NCBI GenBank assembly: GCA_016709995.1
Contig: JADJLQ010000002.1
Coordinates: 1,070,524 to 1,134,523, forward strand
Reading direction: 5' to 3'
Length of the DNA stretch: 64,000 nt
Source of the DNA: Saprospiraceae bacterium
GTDB taxonomy: Bacteria; Bacteroidota; Bacteroidia; Chitinophagales; Saprospiraceae
The position numbers were made by a program, and so were the translations under genes. Shown here one piece after another: positions 50,301-60,041 of this stretch (within the stretch, counting starts at the first letter, position 1; every line of letters starts with the position of its first letter). A model generated the notes under the pieces. It saw nothing but the letters and a program-made list of their open reading frames with translations, was not told the origin of the DNA and did not search any database.

Positions 50301-50383
50301 CCTTTTACAGGACGATTCGCATTTTGACCAATAGATAGTCCAAAAATGAAGATGCCAAGCAGGGTAAATATTTTTTTTAACAT
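47306..50383 (-). CDS. TonB-dependent-receptor-like outer membrane beta-barrel protein (CarboxypepD_reg N-terminus) with a long low-complexity C-terminal tail
   Basis: 1025 aa with signal peptide, carboxypeptidase-regulatory-like domain (GSILDT..K.PVEFATVAL), plug-like segment and beta-barrel. The last 211 aa are G/Q/P/R-rich. Confidence 0.8.
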   Translation of the reverse strand: MLKKIFTLLGIFIFGLSIGQNANRPVKGTAVLQGSILDTTNKKPVEFATVALLIAASKEVVDGNITDDKGEFEIQNVGAGEYLLEIDFLGYQTKQSKIIQVKDGEKVKLGKLYLVPETLVLGEVTIEGQTDIIEEKVDRLVYNAEKDITSKGGDAADVMRNVPLLTVDLDGNVSLRGNSNVKVLINNKPSSIMAGSVADALKQIPADMIKSIEVITSPSARYDSEGSSGIINIITKKNTLEGMTLGVDVRAGNRGANLGLNGNLRTGNMGFSLRGYGRAEYGIKGAFENVQTTQTSIGLQKSIQSATTLSDRLHGSYNLGWDWDITKKSNLSAGLRLGTRNGNSVQDNLISQTFLPGATIPLLSGRNVASKDHDISYDLNSTYTYTFKPQQELSLLGLVSRNNRDNSFEADLLNNVDLHTISARQKNDNTSYNLESTLEANYQAPTGERGLIEFGGKGIFRKVNSDYQYYLGEGTSNQFVLDESRVSNQLNYNQSVGAGYLSYTFTTKNKISVKAGARLEYADINASLFKTPDVLLDIPSYWSLAPSINLSKTITKKLTLKTAYNRRIQRPGIQYLNPNVNEANPTNISVGNPYLDPEFTDNYEVSASINLKAIYLNTSVFYRHTGNSITSLRDTFTTQNPNPTEQGSIAAIRTTYANIGNENTIGMNIFGNVTFFKIWQINGGIDLYNVSLTNNNPNPSYAASNSGLVMGGRLFSNLRLKKGWGIQGGGGGRGRQVNLQGYSGGFRFYMMGVKKDFNDGKGNVSLSAENFLNFPFKVTSESKSQLLQQLNTNSFYNAGVRIGLSYKIGKMNFVDRRKRKSINNDDMKSGGDGGGGGGDNGGDQQQAAPTPAGQRGGTRVQGTTPPANNMNSPKDTTAKGANMPLEQRSPDQGQWQGQRPQGQWNKPGTPGADTTRRQWPQGQRPAGQMRRPGQDSTMRQGQRPDGSQWRRPGQPGSDSTGVQGGQRNGQRLQGQPSDTNNKPGTEDKLINESKESVKLINPNDLKPMVNDSVQMKKDSIPVKKQ

Positions 50384-50667
50384 TGTGATTTCGAGATAAT
50401 TGTATTAAAATAGACTGTAAAAGTAACCCCGAAAGGGTCGGAGTACAAGACAGATTCGACGATCAGGCAGGTTTTATCGGCTCTTCGTCTAAATTGCCCA
50501 GTTTTGTTAAAGAAAATAACATTTTGAACATATTAAATATATGGATAATATGATTTTTTGTCCTAAAACGAGTTAAATCCAAATTTGTATAAAATAATCC
50601 ATAAGTAGTCGATAAGTCGTATAGTATGGTGCCTAAATGAAAAGCAAACCGCTATATACTTGTAATT

Positions 50668-51744
50668 TTGATGGTTTATCTACTAAATCACCATATGCAA
50701 GGATTTTTGCAAAGACATAGAAACAAAACGCTTCATTTACTTTTTTGGAGTGTTTATTTTTCTTTTTTCTTTTACCAGATCAGTAATTCGGGTAGATCGA
50801 GGGCCGAAGATCAACCTTTTCTCCAGCTATTTAACAATGCCTTATCACATACCATCTATCTGATGATCGTGGCTTATTTGAATTATTTTTTGATCATGCC
50901 TCGGTTTCTTCGCCATAAAAATGGAATAAGATATACTGTAGAGTTTGTATCCATGGCTGTGGTCATCCTGTTTTTATACGTACACGCTAAACGATGGATA
51001 GTAGATGGATACACCTATGACAATCACTTTTATTACAGCAATCGATTTGCCATAGGCTCTTTTGTAACCTCGGTCCTGGTATCTGCTTTTGTGGCTTTGC
51101 TTAGATTTTTCTCAGAATGGAGAGACCTGGAAGATCAAAGAGCTCAATTAAAAAATGAGAAGCTGGTCGCTGAGTTGAAGTTTCTCAAGAATCAGATCAA
51201 CCCGCACTTCTTATTTAATACACTCAACAATCTTTATGCACTTGCTTATTCTAATTCGCCTCAGACTACAGAAGTGATCTCAAGGTTGTCACAGATGATG
51301 CGGTATATGGTCTATGATTCTAATTACGACCAGGTACCTTTGGAAAAAGAAATAGAATATATGAGAAATTATATTTCTTTGGAAAAATTGAGATTAAACG
51401 ATCAGATACCCATTGAATTTGAAGTGACCGGCGATCCTGAAAACAAACAGATAGCACCCTTGCTTCTTATACCTTTTTTGGAAAACTCATTCAAGCATGG
51501 TATATCCAATAATAATAAGGATAGTTGGGTGAAAGCAATCCTGGACTGTAATCATCAAAAAGTCACTTTGCATGTGTCTAACAGCAAGACCCGGCATAAA
51601 GGTACCGCTGCGTCTGCCAATACGGGTATAGGCCTGGACAATGTCAAGCGTAGGCTCGATCTAAATTATCCAGGCAAGTATACCCTGGATGTAAAAGAGC
51701 TTGATGATACTTATACTGCTACCTTAGATCTTCAATTAAATTAA
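50668..51744 (+). CDS. LytS/YehU-type sensor histidine kinase (His_kinase PF06580-like)
   Basis: 358 aa, 4-5 N-terminal TM helices, FLKNQINPHFLFNTLNN H-box, GIGLDNV G-box. The exact start is uncertain. Confidence 0.85.
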   Translation: MMVYLLNHHMQGFLQRHRNKTLHLLFWSVYFSFFFYQISNSGRSRAEDQPFLQLFNNALSHTIYLMIVAYLNYFLIMPRFLRHKNGIRYTVEFVSMAVVILFLYVHAKRWIVDGYTYDNHFYYSNRFAIGSFVTSVLVSAFVALLRFFSEWRDLEDQRAQLKNEKLVAELKFLKNQINPHFLFNTLNNLYALAYSNSPQTTEVISRLSQMMRYMVYDSNYDQVPLEKEIEYMRNYISLEKLRLNDQIPIEFEVTGDPENKQIAPLLLIPFLENSFKHGISNNNKDSWVKAILDCNHQKVTLHVSNSKTRHKGTAASANTGIGLDNVKRRLDLNYPGKYTLDVKELDDTYTATLDLQLN

Positions 51745-52485
51745 ATGATTGATTGTGTTATCATCGAAGACGAACCCCTGGCCAGAAAGTTATTGGAGAC
51801 TTATGTAAGTAAAATGCCGGTGCTGCGCCTGGTCAAAAGCTTTTCGGACTCACTCGAAGCCTTGACCTACCTGCAAGATCACCGCGTCGATTTATTGTTT
51901 CTGGATATCCAGATGCCTGATCTTACCGGTATGAGTTTGCTAAAACTTATGTCGTACAAACCTCAGGTGATATTGACGACGGCTTATAGCGAGTATGCTT
52001 TGGATGGATATTCATTGGATGTGACAGACTATCTACTTAAGCCGATTATTTTTGAACGTTTTTTTCAAGCAGTAGAAAAGGTAAAACAAAGATTGTCCAT
52101 TACCTCTACTGCTCAGGTACCCAATCACGTAGTCCCCGAAGAGTCCAATAATAAAGACGACATTATTTTCGTAAAAGATGGCACCAAACTCGTACGTATA
52201 GACATAAACAGCATCCTGTATATCGAGGGACTTAAAGATTATGTAAGCATCTACATTCCCAATCATAAAATAGTATCCCTTCAGCGGATGAAAAACCTCG
52301 AGGCTCAGCTTCCCAAGGGCAGGTTTATCCGCATCCATCATTCTTATATCATCGCACTACAAAAGATACAAGCGATCCATAAAGATTATGTCGAGATCAA
52401 TGGTGTATCTATTCCGATTGGAGAAACCTACCGAAAGGCATTTAGGGAATATGTCGACGCTCAGAAATTGTTAGGAGAAGAGTAG
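51745..52485 (+). CDS. LytR/AlgR family response regulator (REC + LytTR)
   Basis: 246 aa with the receiver motif DLLFLDIQMPD and a C-terminal LytTR domain (IHHSYII). Confidence 0.9.
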   Translation: MIDCVIIEDEPLARKLLETYVSKMPVLRLVKSFSDSLEALTYLQDHRVDLLFLDIQMPDLTGMSLLKLMSYKPQVILTTAYSEYALDGYSLDVTDYLLKPIIFERFFQAVEKVKQRLSITSTAQVPNHVVPEESNNKDDIIFVKDGTKLVRIDINSILYIEGLKDYVSIYIPNHKIVSLQRMKNLEAQLPKGRFIRIHHSYIIALQKIQAIHKDYVEINGVSIPIGETYRKAFREYVDAQKLLGEE

Positions 52486-52526
52486 GGGCAATAGGCATCC
52501 CGAAGTTTCGGTATGGCCATTGCCCC
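52485..52526. repeat. nested inverted repeat / REP-like element just after the response regulator stop
   Basis: In ggggcaataggcat-cccgaagtttcgg-tatggccattgcccc the outer arms are imperfectly complementary and the inner hairpin is ccgaa/ttcgg. It shares the GCAATAGGCATC..GAA..TTCGG motif with 24989-25013. Confidence 0.5.
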
Positions 52527-52559
52527 ACTTGGCATAGTTTTTGCAATTCACGGACCAGT

Positions 52560-53168
52560 ATGAAGTCTTGGGTCAGCATTGTATTGATTTGCACGTTATT
52601 TTATTCTTTTCGCTATAAAATGGACGAACGGGTAGTTGCCCAGGCATATATAGAAAGATATTCGGTCTTGGCTGTCAATGAGATGCGTCGTAGCGGGGTA
52701 CCTGCCAGTATCAAATTGGCTCAGGCCATGGTAGAATCTAATGCTGGTCGGAGTGTATTGGCTTTGGAGAGCAATAACCATTTTGGAATTAAATGTAAGT
52801 CTTACTGGAAAGGCCAAAGCTACTACCATAAAGATGATGACCTGGATGCCAAAGGTAAGTTGATGGAGTCTTGCTTTCGGGCATATGCGGATATAGATGC
52901 GTCTTTCAAGGATCATTCAGATTTCCTCAGGTCATCGGCTAAGTATGCCAGCTTGTTTAACCTGGATATTACGGATTACAAATCCTGGGCTTATGGCCTC
53001 AAAGAATGTGGCTACGCCACAGATAGATCCTACAGTTTAAAACTTATACGTACAATTGAAGAATATCAGCTTTATCGATACGATACCTATTTGTCCAGTG
53101 AGTTTGATCTGCCAGCATATCAAGCGCTGACTTCGCAAATAGTTCCTATTCAGTCTACCATAGACTAA
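52560..53168 (+). CDS. glucosaminidase (mannosyl-glycoprotein endo-beta-N-acetylglucosaminidase) domain protein
   Basis: 202 aa with LAQAMVESNAGRS, NNHFGIKC and GYATD motifs. Confidence 0.8.
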   Translation: MKSWVSIVLICTLFYSFRYKMDERVVAQAYIERYSVLAVNEMRRSGVPASIKLAQAMVESNAGRSVLALESNNHFGIKCKSYWKGQSYYHKDDDLDAKGKLMESCFRAYADIDASFKDHSDFLRSSAKYASLFNLDITDYKSWAYGLKECGYATDRSYSLKLIRTIEEYQLYRYDTYLSSEFDLPAYQALTSQIVPIQSTID

Positions 53169-54241
53169 CCTTCCACTTTTTCTTCTGATTGTTTTTGATG
53201 TTTGTTCAAAGGATTGGCACGATCTTCAGCATATTTTTTGCGCTGCCTGGCGATTTCGATGGCCCCAAAAAGAGCGGACCTGAATGAGGTTGGATCAGCT
53301 TCGTTTTTGCCTGCAATATCAAAAGCGGTTCCATGATCCGGTGAGGTGCGCACCACTGGCAGACCGGCTGTAAAGTTGACTCCATTTTCAAATTCAAGGG
53401 CTTTAAAAGGGATCAGACCCTGATCGTGATACATCGCCAGGATGGCATCAAATTTTTTAAATTGAGAAGATCCAAAGAAGCCGTCCGCCGAAAAAGGCCC
53501 ATAGATCATCATCCCTTGTTGCTTTAATTCTTCGATAGCAGGTATGATAAAAAGTTGTTCTTCCTGGCCGATGACCCCACCATCTCCTGCATGCGGGTTG
53601 AGGCCTAATACTGCTATCAATGGTCGATCAATACCAAAGTCTTTTTGCATAGAGGCATGTAATATCTGAATCGCAGATTTGATTTTGGGTATAGTGATTT
53701 TTGAAGGCACGGCCTGCAAAGGAATATGGGTGGTGACCAGGCCTACTGTGATATTATTACCAGCCATCATCATCATATATTCTGAGCAGTTAAGTTTCTC
53801 CGCGAGGTAATCCGTATGGCCTGCATAGTTAAATCCTGCCATCTGCATAGATTGCTTGTGTATCGGAGCCGTGACCAGCCCATCTAACCAGCCACTTTGG
53901 ATATCCTGGATAGCCTGATCCAATGCAGCCAAAGCGTATTTGCCTCCTGTCTCAGTAATTTTTCCGATGGATACTGTGACATTTTCCTGCCATGCATTTA
54001 ACACATATATTTTTCCTGGTTGCAGCTTTTCGTTATTCCTGGTTTGATAATAAACAAAATCATCTGCCTTTACGATGTTTTTATAATAAGAGATGATCTT
54101 ACCTGAACCATATATAACCGGTATGCAGAAATCTAAAATCTTAGGATTTCTAAGTGCTTTGATGATTACCTCCGGCCCGATACCGTTGATATCGCCGATC
54201 GTGATGCCGATTTTGACTGTGTTCGATTCGTTACTCCCCAT
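53165..54241 (-). CDS. pdxA: 4-hydroxythreonine-4-phosphate dehydrogenase
   Basis: 358 aa with GDINGIGPE, GHTDYL, LNPHAGDGG and RTSPDHGTAFDIAG motifs. Confidence 0.92.
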   Translation of the reverse strand: MGSNESNTVKIGITIGDINGIGPEVIIKALRNPKILDFCIPVIYGSGKIISYYKNIVKADDFVYYQTRNNEKLQPGKIYVLNAWQENVTVSIGKITETGGKYALAALDQAIQDIQSGWLDGLVTAPIHKQSMQMAGFNYAGHTDYLAEKLNCSEYMMMMAGNNITVGLVTTHIPLQAVPSKITIPKIKSAIQILHASMQKDFGIDRPLIAVLGLNPHAGDGGVIGQEEQLFIIPAIEELKQQGMMIYGPFSADGFFGSSQFKKFDAILAMYHDQGLIPFKALEFENGVNFTAGLPVVRTSPDHGTAFDIAGKNEADPTSFRSALFGAIEIARQRKKYAEDRANPLNKHQKQSEEKVEG

Positions 54242-54348
54242 ATGAATATCTATTGGAGTACGAAGATAGTTATTTAGAATGGTTTAGAAGTTCGGGTGTT
54301 GTACCTGGATTGACTTTAAAGGATTAGTAGAAAGGCGTATCATTGCAG

Positions 54349-55134
54349 ATGACTTATGCTAAAAAGTCCTATGGGCAGCATTTTCTTACCAACGAATCGA
54401 TCGCAGAACGTATCACCACTGCCCTGGCTCCTTTTGGACCAATAGACCACCTGTTAGAAGTCGGTCCCGGGAAAGGCATGTTGAGCAAATACCTCATCGA
54501 GGCTTTCCCAACGCTTATCATGGTAGAAGCAGATCAGGACATGGTCGACTTCCTGGAGGCTGATACGAAGTTTGGCACAGCCCAATTAATCAAAGAGGAT
54601 TTTTTGAAACTCGACCTGCTTGCATTAAATGGTTCACGACCATTGTATATCATTGGCAATTTTCCATATAATATTTCTTCCCAGATCGTATTTAAGATGA
54701 TTGATCATCGGGAGTTGATACCCGGTATGGTAGGCATGTTTCAAAAGGAAATGGCAGAGCGTATCGCTCATGCTCCAGGCAGTAGAGAGTATGGGGTCAT
54801 CAGCGTATTGACACAGGCATATTATGATGTAGAATATTTGTTTACAGTCAAAGAGGGCAATTTTAGCCCCCCTCCCAAAGTAAAATCTGCTGTATTGAGA
54901 TTTACCCGCAAGTCAACCCTGCATTTGGACTGTAACGAATCCTTATTCAAATCAATCGTAAAATCCTGTTTCCTTCAAAAAAGAAAGATGATCAGAAATT
55001 CGCTCAAATCGCATCTATCTGCTGATATATTGAAGGATCCTTTTTACGACAAAAGGCCAGAACAATTGGCTGTATCAGAGTTTGTCACGATTACTAATCT
55101 GGTGACCGATCAGAAGAAGTTACCGGCCCAATGA
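54349..55134 (+). CDS. rsmA: 16S rRNA (adenine1518/1519-N6)-dimethyltransferase
   Basis: KKSYGQHFL, EVGPGKG and GNFPYNISS motifs. Start taken at the ATG at 54349. Confidence 0.92.
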   Translation: MTYAKKSYGQHFLTNESIAERITTALAPFGPIDHLLEVGPGKGMLSKYLIEAFPTLIMVEADQDMVDFLEADTKFGTAQLIKEDFLKLDLLALNGSRPLYIIGNFPYNISSQIVFKMIDHRELIPGMVGMFQKEMAERIAHAPGSREYGVISVLTQAYYDVEYLFTVKEGNFSPPPKVKSAVLRFTRKSTLHLDCNESLFKSIVKSCFLQKRKMIRNSLKSHLSADILKDPFYDKRPEQLAVSEFVTITNLVTDQKKLPAQ

Positions 55135-55771
55135 GTGAGCGTCTCAAAAGTTCGATGGTGATATTGTAAAAGAAATGTACGATGATCGGAAGCAGGATGC
55201 TGCCACTCAAATGATACAGATATTGGAACCCCAGGGCGAATAAAAAGGTAATGGGGATAGCCAACCAGCCCTGCGTGTAATGTGAAAATGAAAAACTTAC
55301 CGCACTCATCATCGCCGCGAGGATAAAAAGCATGCCATGCTTGGCTAACAGGTGGGTGAGCACCCCCCGATATACAAACTCTTCGGATAAGGCGGCTACC
55401 AGGCAAAGTAATACCCACAAAAAGTAATCGTTTTGCTTTTCAGGTAATATGATTTCATCTTCTGCTTTGGAGTCATTCTGAAAAAACTTGAAGTGCAGAA
55501 AATTGATCAACACGCCAAATGCATATAAGGCGGCCCCAAAGAGTATGAAACGCAGCTCGATCGGTCCTATTATTCTCACAGCCAGGGCTTCGCGCCAATC
55601 TACTAACGCAGCCAGACCACCTATGATGGATAACATGATGATCGACTGGAGATAAAGCAATCTTTTGGGTGGGATCACTTCATGATTTTCAATTATGACC
55701 CGGGTCTGAAAGCTTAAAAGCGGCAAAACAATAAATTGTAGCCCAATAAAAAAAAACGAAAATAAAGACAC
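55094..55771 (-). CDS. CPBP family intramembrane glutamic endopeptidase
   Basis: 225 aa polytopic protein with EEFVYRG and FSFSH..Q motifs of the CAAX/Abi family. Confidence 0.8.
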   Translation of the reverse strand: MSLFSFFFIGLQFIVLPLLSFQTRVIIENHEVIPPKRLLYLQSIIMLSIIGGLAALVDWREALAVRIIGPIELRFILFGAALYAFGVLINFLHFKFFQNDSKAEDEIILPEKQNDYFLWVLLCLVAALSEEFVYRGVLTHLLAKHGMLFILAAMMSAVSFSFSHYTQGWLAIPITFLFALGFQYLYHLSGSILLPIIVHFFYNITIELLRRSLIGPVTSSDRSPD

Positions 55772-55814
55772 AGCTCAAAATTAGCCGAAAAAATACAATC
55801 TTTACGCTTGGTGT

Positions 55815-56735
55815 ATGATACTTACTATTACTCTCAACCCATCCATTGATATATCGGTGCATGTCACTAAGTTGATTCCTGAAGAAAAATTGCGCTGCGA
55901 GCAATACGAAAAGGAAGTCGGAGGTGGAGGCATAAATGTAGCTAAAGGACTGAACAGACTTGGGCTGGATAGTTGTGCTTTGTTTTTTTCAGCAGGTCAA
56001 AACGGCAGATGGATCGAGCAGCGACTGGCTGATGACCATCAACGAATATTGCCCGTCAATGTCGCCGGTGAAACCAGGGAAAACATCACCATTGATGATA
56101 TCTCAAGTCATTTAGAATATCGACTGGTCAATAAAGGAAAAAAAATATCCTCCCTGGACCTTGAAAAATTTTGGCTAAAATTAAATTCAATCAATACCGC
56201 TCCTGAGTTTGTAATTGTGAGCGGGAGTTTTCCACCTGGGATCAATACCCGGTTTTCAAAGGCTGTGGCGCAGTGGTGTGCCAGGAAAGGCAGTCGCCTG
56301 GTAGTGGATTTGCCCGCTGATCAATTGTTGCCCTGGTTTTCTTCAAACCCCTTTTTGATCAAACCCAATCTTGCGGAATTTTATCAATTGGCAGGTAGAA
56401 AAAAAATGACTACGGCACAGGTGATCAAGCAAGCCCGCCAATGGATAAGCCAACATTATGCTCAGCATATCGCTATTTCGATGTCGGCTTCCGGGGGAAT
56501 CCTTGCCACTGATCAGGAAGTTGTAGAACTCAAGGCGCCAAGTGTCAAGGTGCAAAGCACTGTCGGAGCGGGAGACAGTATGGTGGCCGGCATGATTTAT
56601 CAATTTAGCAAAAAGGCAAGTTTGAGAGATACACTTCGAATGGGGCTGGCTTGTGGATCGGCGGCCACTATTCAAAAGGGCACCAAACTATTTGATCCTA
56701 CCAATGCCCGGAGACTTTACCGACTGATTAAATAA
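55815..56735 (+). CDS. 1-phosphofructokinase family hexose kinase (PfkB family)
   Basis: 306 aa with ITLNPSID, GGGINVA and GAGDSMVAG motifs. Confidence 0.85.
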   Translation: MILTITLNPSIDISVHVTKLIPEEKLRCEQYEKEVGGGGINVAKGLNRLGLDSCALFFSAGQNGRWIEQRLADDHQRILPVNVAGETRENITIDDISSHLEYRLVNKGKKISSLDLEKFWLKLNSINTAPEFVIVSGSFPPGINTRFSKAVAQWCARKGSRLVVDLPADQLLPWFSSNPFLIKPNLAEFYQLAGRKKMTTAQVIKQARQWISQHYAQHIAISMSASGGILATDQEVVELKAPSVKVQSTVGAGDSMVAGMIYQFSKKASLRDTLRMGLACGSAATIQKGTKLFDPTNARRLYRLIK

Positions 56736-56791
56736 AAATATTATCGGCAGATGGTATCCACCCAAAATCCAATTATTCCAAACATTACTTT

Positions 56792-58036
56792 GTGCTTATG
56801 AATTTTCATCGCGGTGACTTAAAACATTTATTTAGCCTTCCGGTCATAGTGGCTGCCCTGGGTTATTTTGTGGATATCTATGACCTGCTGTTGTTTGGTA
56901 TCGTACGGATCCCTAGCTTAAATTCTCTTGGGCTGTCAGAGAGTGAAGTCTCCAGCATAGGCGCTTCCATACTCAACTGGCAGATGACAGGGATGTTGCT
57001 TGGAGGAATATTGTGGGGTGTATTTGGTGATAAAAAAGGCAGGCTTTCGGTATTGTTCGGGTCTATCATCACCTATTCTTTGGCCAATATAGCCTGCGGT
57101 TTTGTGCAGGATCCTACTACGTATAAAATCATCCGTTTTATAGCAGGGGTAGGTCTGGCAGGTGAGTTAGGTGCAGGCATCACCCTGGTGTCTGAATCCA
57201 TTCCTAAACATCTAAGGGCTCTGGGTACCAGTATTGTGGCTTTCGTAGGCCTGTTAGGAGCAGTAGTCGGGTATCTAACAGTTGAGATGTTTGATTGGCG
57301 CACTGCTTATTTTGTTGGGGGTGGGATGGGATTTGCTTTATTGTTTTTAAGAATGGGGGTCTTCGAAACGCCTTTTTTCAAAAGTATCAAAGCAGATCAT
57401 AAAATATCAAAAGGCAATTTTTTTGCTTTATTCGCCAAAAAGGATCGATTCATCCGATATCTCAAATGTATCGGTATGGGTATCCCCAGTTGGTTTGTGA
57501 TCGGGGTGCTCTGCTCATTTAGCAATGAAATCGGTAAGGCACTTGGTATCACCGAGCCGATCAAACCGGGACTTTCTATCATGTGGTGTTATATTGGTTT
57601 GTCCATTGGTGACCTTGCCAATGGGATCATCAGTCATTATCTTCAATCGCGCAAAAAGGCCGTTTTGTATTTTTTATTATTTCAGATAGTGATTGTTTTG
57701 TTTTATTTGTCAGGTACGTTTCGCTCAGCCACAGGCATGTATTTGCTCAATGGGCTGATGGGGCTAGGGGGTGGTTATTGGGCCATGTTCGTGACCATTG
57801 GAGCCGAGCAGTTTGGCACTAACCTGAGGGCTACTGCTGCTACTACTATCCCCAATATGGTGAGAGGCACGACGGTCATAGATACAGTATTGTACCAGGC
57901 ATTTAAGGGTCTGCTGGGATCAGCTACACTGGCAGCAGGATTAGGAGGATTGTTGGTATATATCATAGCCATCTATTCGATTACCACTATCTCCGAGACG
58001 CATAACAAGGATCTGGATTATTTGGAGTTGGATTAA
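56792..58036 (+). CDS. MFS transporter
   Basis: 414 aa, about 12 TM helices, GDKKGR loop motif between TM2 and TM3. Confidence 0.85.
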   Translation: MLMNFHRGDLKHLFSLPVIVAALGYFVDIYDLLLFGIVRIPSLNSLGLSESEVSSIGASILNWQMTGMLLGGILWGVFGDKKGRLSVLFGSIITYSLANIACGFVQDPTTYKIIRFIAGVGLAGELGAGITLVSESIPKHLRALGTSIVAFVGLLGAVVGYLTVEMFDWRTAYFVGGGMGFALLFLRMGVFETPFFKSIKADHKISKGNFFALFAKKDRFIRYLKCIGMGIPSWFVIGVLCSFSNEIGKALGITEPIKPGLSIMWCYIGLSIGDLANGIISHYLQSRKKAVLYFLLFQIVIVLFYLSGTFRSATGMYLLNGLMGLGGGYWAMFVTIGAEQFGTNLRATAATTIPNMVRGTTVIDTVLYQAFKGLLGSATLAAGLGGLLVYIIAIYSITTISETHNKDLDYLELD

Positions 58037-58225
58037 AAAGAATGGTAGTATAAATTTTGTGACATTGTTTTAGAGGAGTTATACTCCGACCTGTTCAGGA
58101 GCAAGCTATGCTTTAGGATAGATAACCTGCCTGAATAGAGAAGGAGACCTGCCCCACCATAGCTTTAAGCTTTCGGCCCTGCTTTCTATCAAAGCAAAAA
58201 TTAAAATATTATTACCTTTCGGTAC

Positions 58226-58639
58226 ATGAAATACCTTATTACGCTCCTTGTATTATCTAAGGTGTATGCTTTTGCCTTTAGCCAATCAGCAATCACTTTG
58301 CCAGGCTACATCGCACTGGCCAAGGAAAACTCACCGCAAAGTAAACTGGCCCACACTCAAAAAGAGATCAGTCTGTATCGATATCAGAGTTTCGAAAGTG
58401 ATTTTCGCCCTCAAATTACATTTTATGGCAATGTACCGGCTTATAGCAAAGACTTTTTCGATGTCAGACAACCGGATGGTACAATAAAGTTTCTACCTCG
58501 CAAACAAAATTTTTCCAATATCGGTTTTTCTCTGAGCCAGCAAGTACTGGCCACCGGCGGCTTACTCTCGCTCCGTACAGACCTAAGTCGGTTTGACGAC
58601 TTTAGTCTTCGATCAAAATCATTTGCCTCATTAATATAG
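58226..58639 (+). pseudogene. TolC-family outer membrane protein, N-terminal fragment only
   Basis: 137 aa with a signal peptide and an OMF-type first repeat (LAKENSPQSKLA...YRPQITF.GN). The frame ends inside the 3' end of the convergent ATPase gene, and I see no continuation downstream. Confidence 0.6.
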
Positions 58640-59824
58640 GAAACCAAACATCCATAAGGGTATTTTGTTTTTTATTCCACTTAGATCGTCGTCGATGGCG
58701 AGATAACTATTAGGCTTATTTGCTATCTGTTTGAATGTTTTGACTGGGCCCCCTATTTCAAATGTATATTTCTCAGCGACTAAAAAATCACCGGATTTGG
58801 AGGAATGTACTTTGTATTTGGTAGATACCTGGTTAAAAAAAAATACCTCTCTTAAAGTGCCAATATTGGTCTGATGTGGAGCTAATCCCATGTGGATATT
58901 GGTATTGTGCAGATATATTTTCTCCGGTTTACTCAGCACACTGTAGCTTTTTCCTGATTCCTGAAGTAAGTGGAATATTTTAGCCTGGTCGAGATAATGG
59001 ATGTATTCATAAAGCGTATTTCTAGGGACTTCAATGCTGGTAGCGAGTTTAGATATATTGGGTTGAAAAGGTACTTCAGTGGCTAGATAGTAGATCAGTT
59101 TTTTTATTTTGTTGATATGGTGGATATCTATGCTCAATACGGTAGGTAGATCGACTTCAATAATTGTATTTAGGATTTGATCTAGTTTAATAGAATAATT
59201 CTTTACGCTTTGAAGATAAAAAGGGTAATGCCCATGCTCCAAATACGATTTAAACAAGGGGATGATTTTGAGCTGTTGCAATATGTTGGATGCAATCGGA
59301 ATATGATCATTTAATAGGTCATTTAAAGTCGAAGGCTCGAAACTGGTCTTGGATTCAATATTGATATATTCTCTAAGTGATAGGCCAGGAAGTTCATATG
59401 ACATTGCTCTTCTGCTCAAGTCAGACTGGGCGCTGTATATTTTCAAAAGGGAGGAACCAGAAAATACCATGTGAAAATCCTGAAAGTTATCATAAATGGT
59501 TTTGAGGTGAAGGCTCCAGTCATCTTCCTTATGGATTTCATCAATAAATAGATGGGTTCCTCCCTGCTTTTGGTGATAAGTCGCGACCTCCGTGATCGTG
59601 ACCCCTCTCAGCGTCAAATGGTCCAAACTTATATATAGTGCCTTACTGGAGACGCCAAAATGCTCTTTGATATGTTGTAAGATCATGGTGGTTTTGCCTA
59701 CACCCCTTGATCCTTTAATACCAATAAGTCTTTCATTCCAATCAATAATATCTATATAACTCCTTCTGAATGAAGTTTTTAAATTGGTTATTAGATTTTG
59801 ATGAATCTTATATAAATGCTCCAT
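58631..59824 (-). CDS. AAA-family ATPase with a DUF4143-like C-terminal domain
   Basis: 397 aa with Walker A GSRGVGKTT and Walker B LFIDEIH. The AAA_14 + DUF4143 architecture is recognised from memory. Confidence 0.75.
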   Translation of the reverse strand: MEHLYKIHQNLITNLKTSFRRSYIDIIDWNERLIGIKGSRGVGKTTMILQHIKEHFGVSSKALYISLDHLTLRGVTITEVATYHQKQGGTHLFIDEIHKEDDWSLHLKTIYDNFQDFHMVFSGSSLLKIYSAQSDLSRRAMSYELPGLSLREYINIESKTSFEPSTLNDLLNDHIPIASNILQQLKIIPLFKSYLEHGHYPFYLQSVKNYSIKLDQILNTIIEVDLPTVLSIDIHHINKIKKLIYYLATEVPFQPNISKLATSIEVPRNTLYEYIHYLDQAKIFHLLQESGKSYSVLSKPEKIYLHNTNIHMGLAPHQTNIGTLREVFFFNQVSTKYKVHSSKSGDFLVAEKYTFEIGGPVKTFKQIANKPNSYLAIDDDLSGIKNKIPLWMFGFLY

Positions 59825-59994
59825 ATTGCTTAATAAATAAGCACAAAAATAAGTAAATTGCTTTTATAAAAAGCATAAAAATGAATAAATTGCTTTTATA
59901 TAAAGCAATTATTATACAACTAAGCTCTAATCAAAGTAGGAATGAATGGTAGAATAGTTCAGGACTACTTAGAGCAGGACCACCTTTCCGAAGG

Positions 59995-60026
59995 AAAAAA
60001 GTAGGTCACAGCTGACATCGGTGACC
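59995..60026 (-). terminator. rho-independent terminator candidate after the GT-C-like gene
   Basis: On the minus strand: ggtcac-(10 nt)-gtgacc stem, then tac + tttttt. Confidence 0.5.
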
Positions 60027-60041
60027 CGGTTTGAAATCATG

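Noticed and set aside
55094-55134. 41-nt convergent overlap of the rsmA and CPBP protease 3' ends as a possible antisense regulatory arrangement.
   Set aside because: The last ~14 codons of the CPBP ORF are unconserved-looking tail sequence, and convergent overlaps of this size are common. There is nothing specific to test from sequence.
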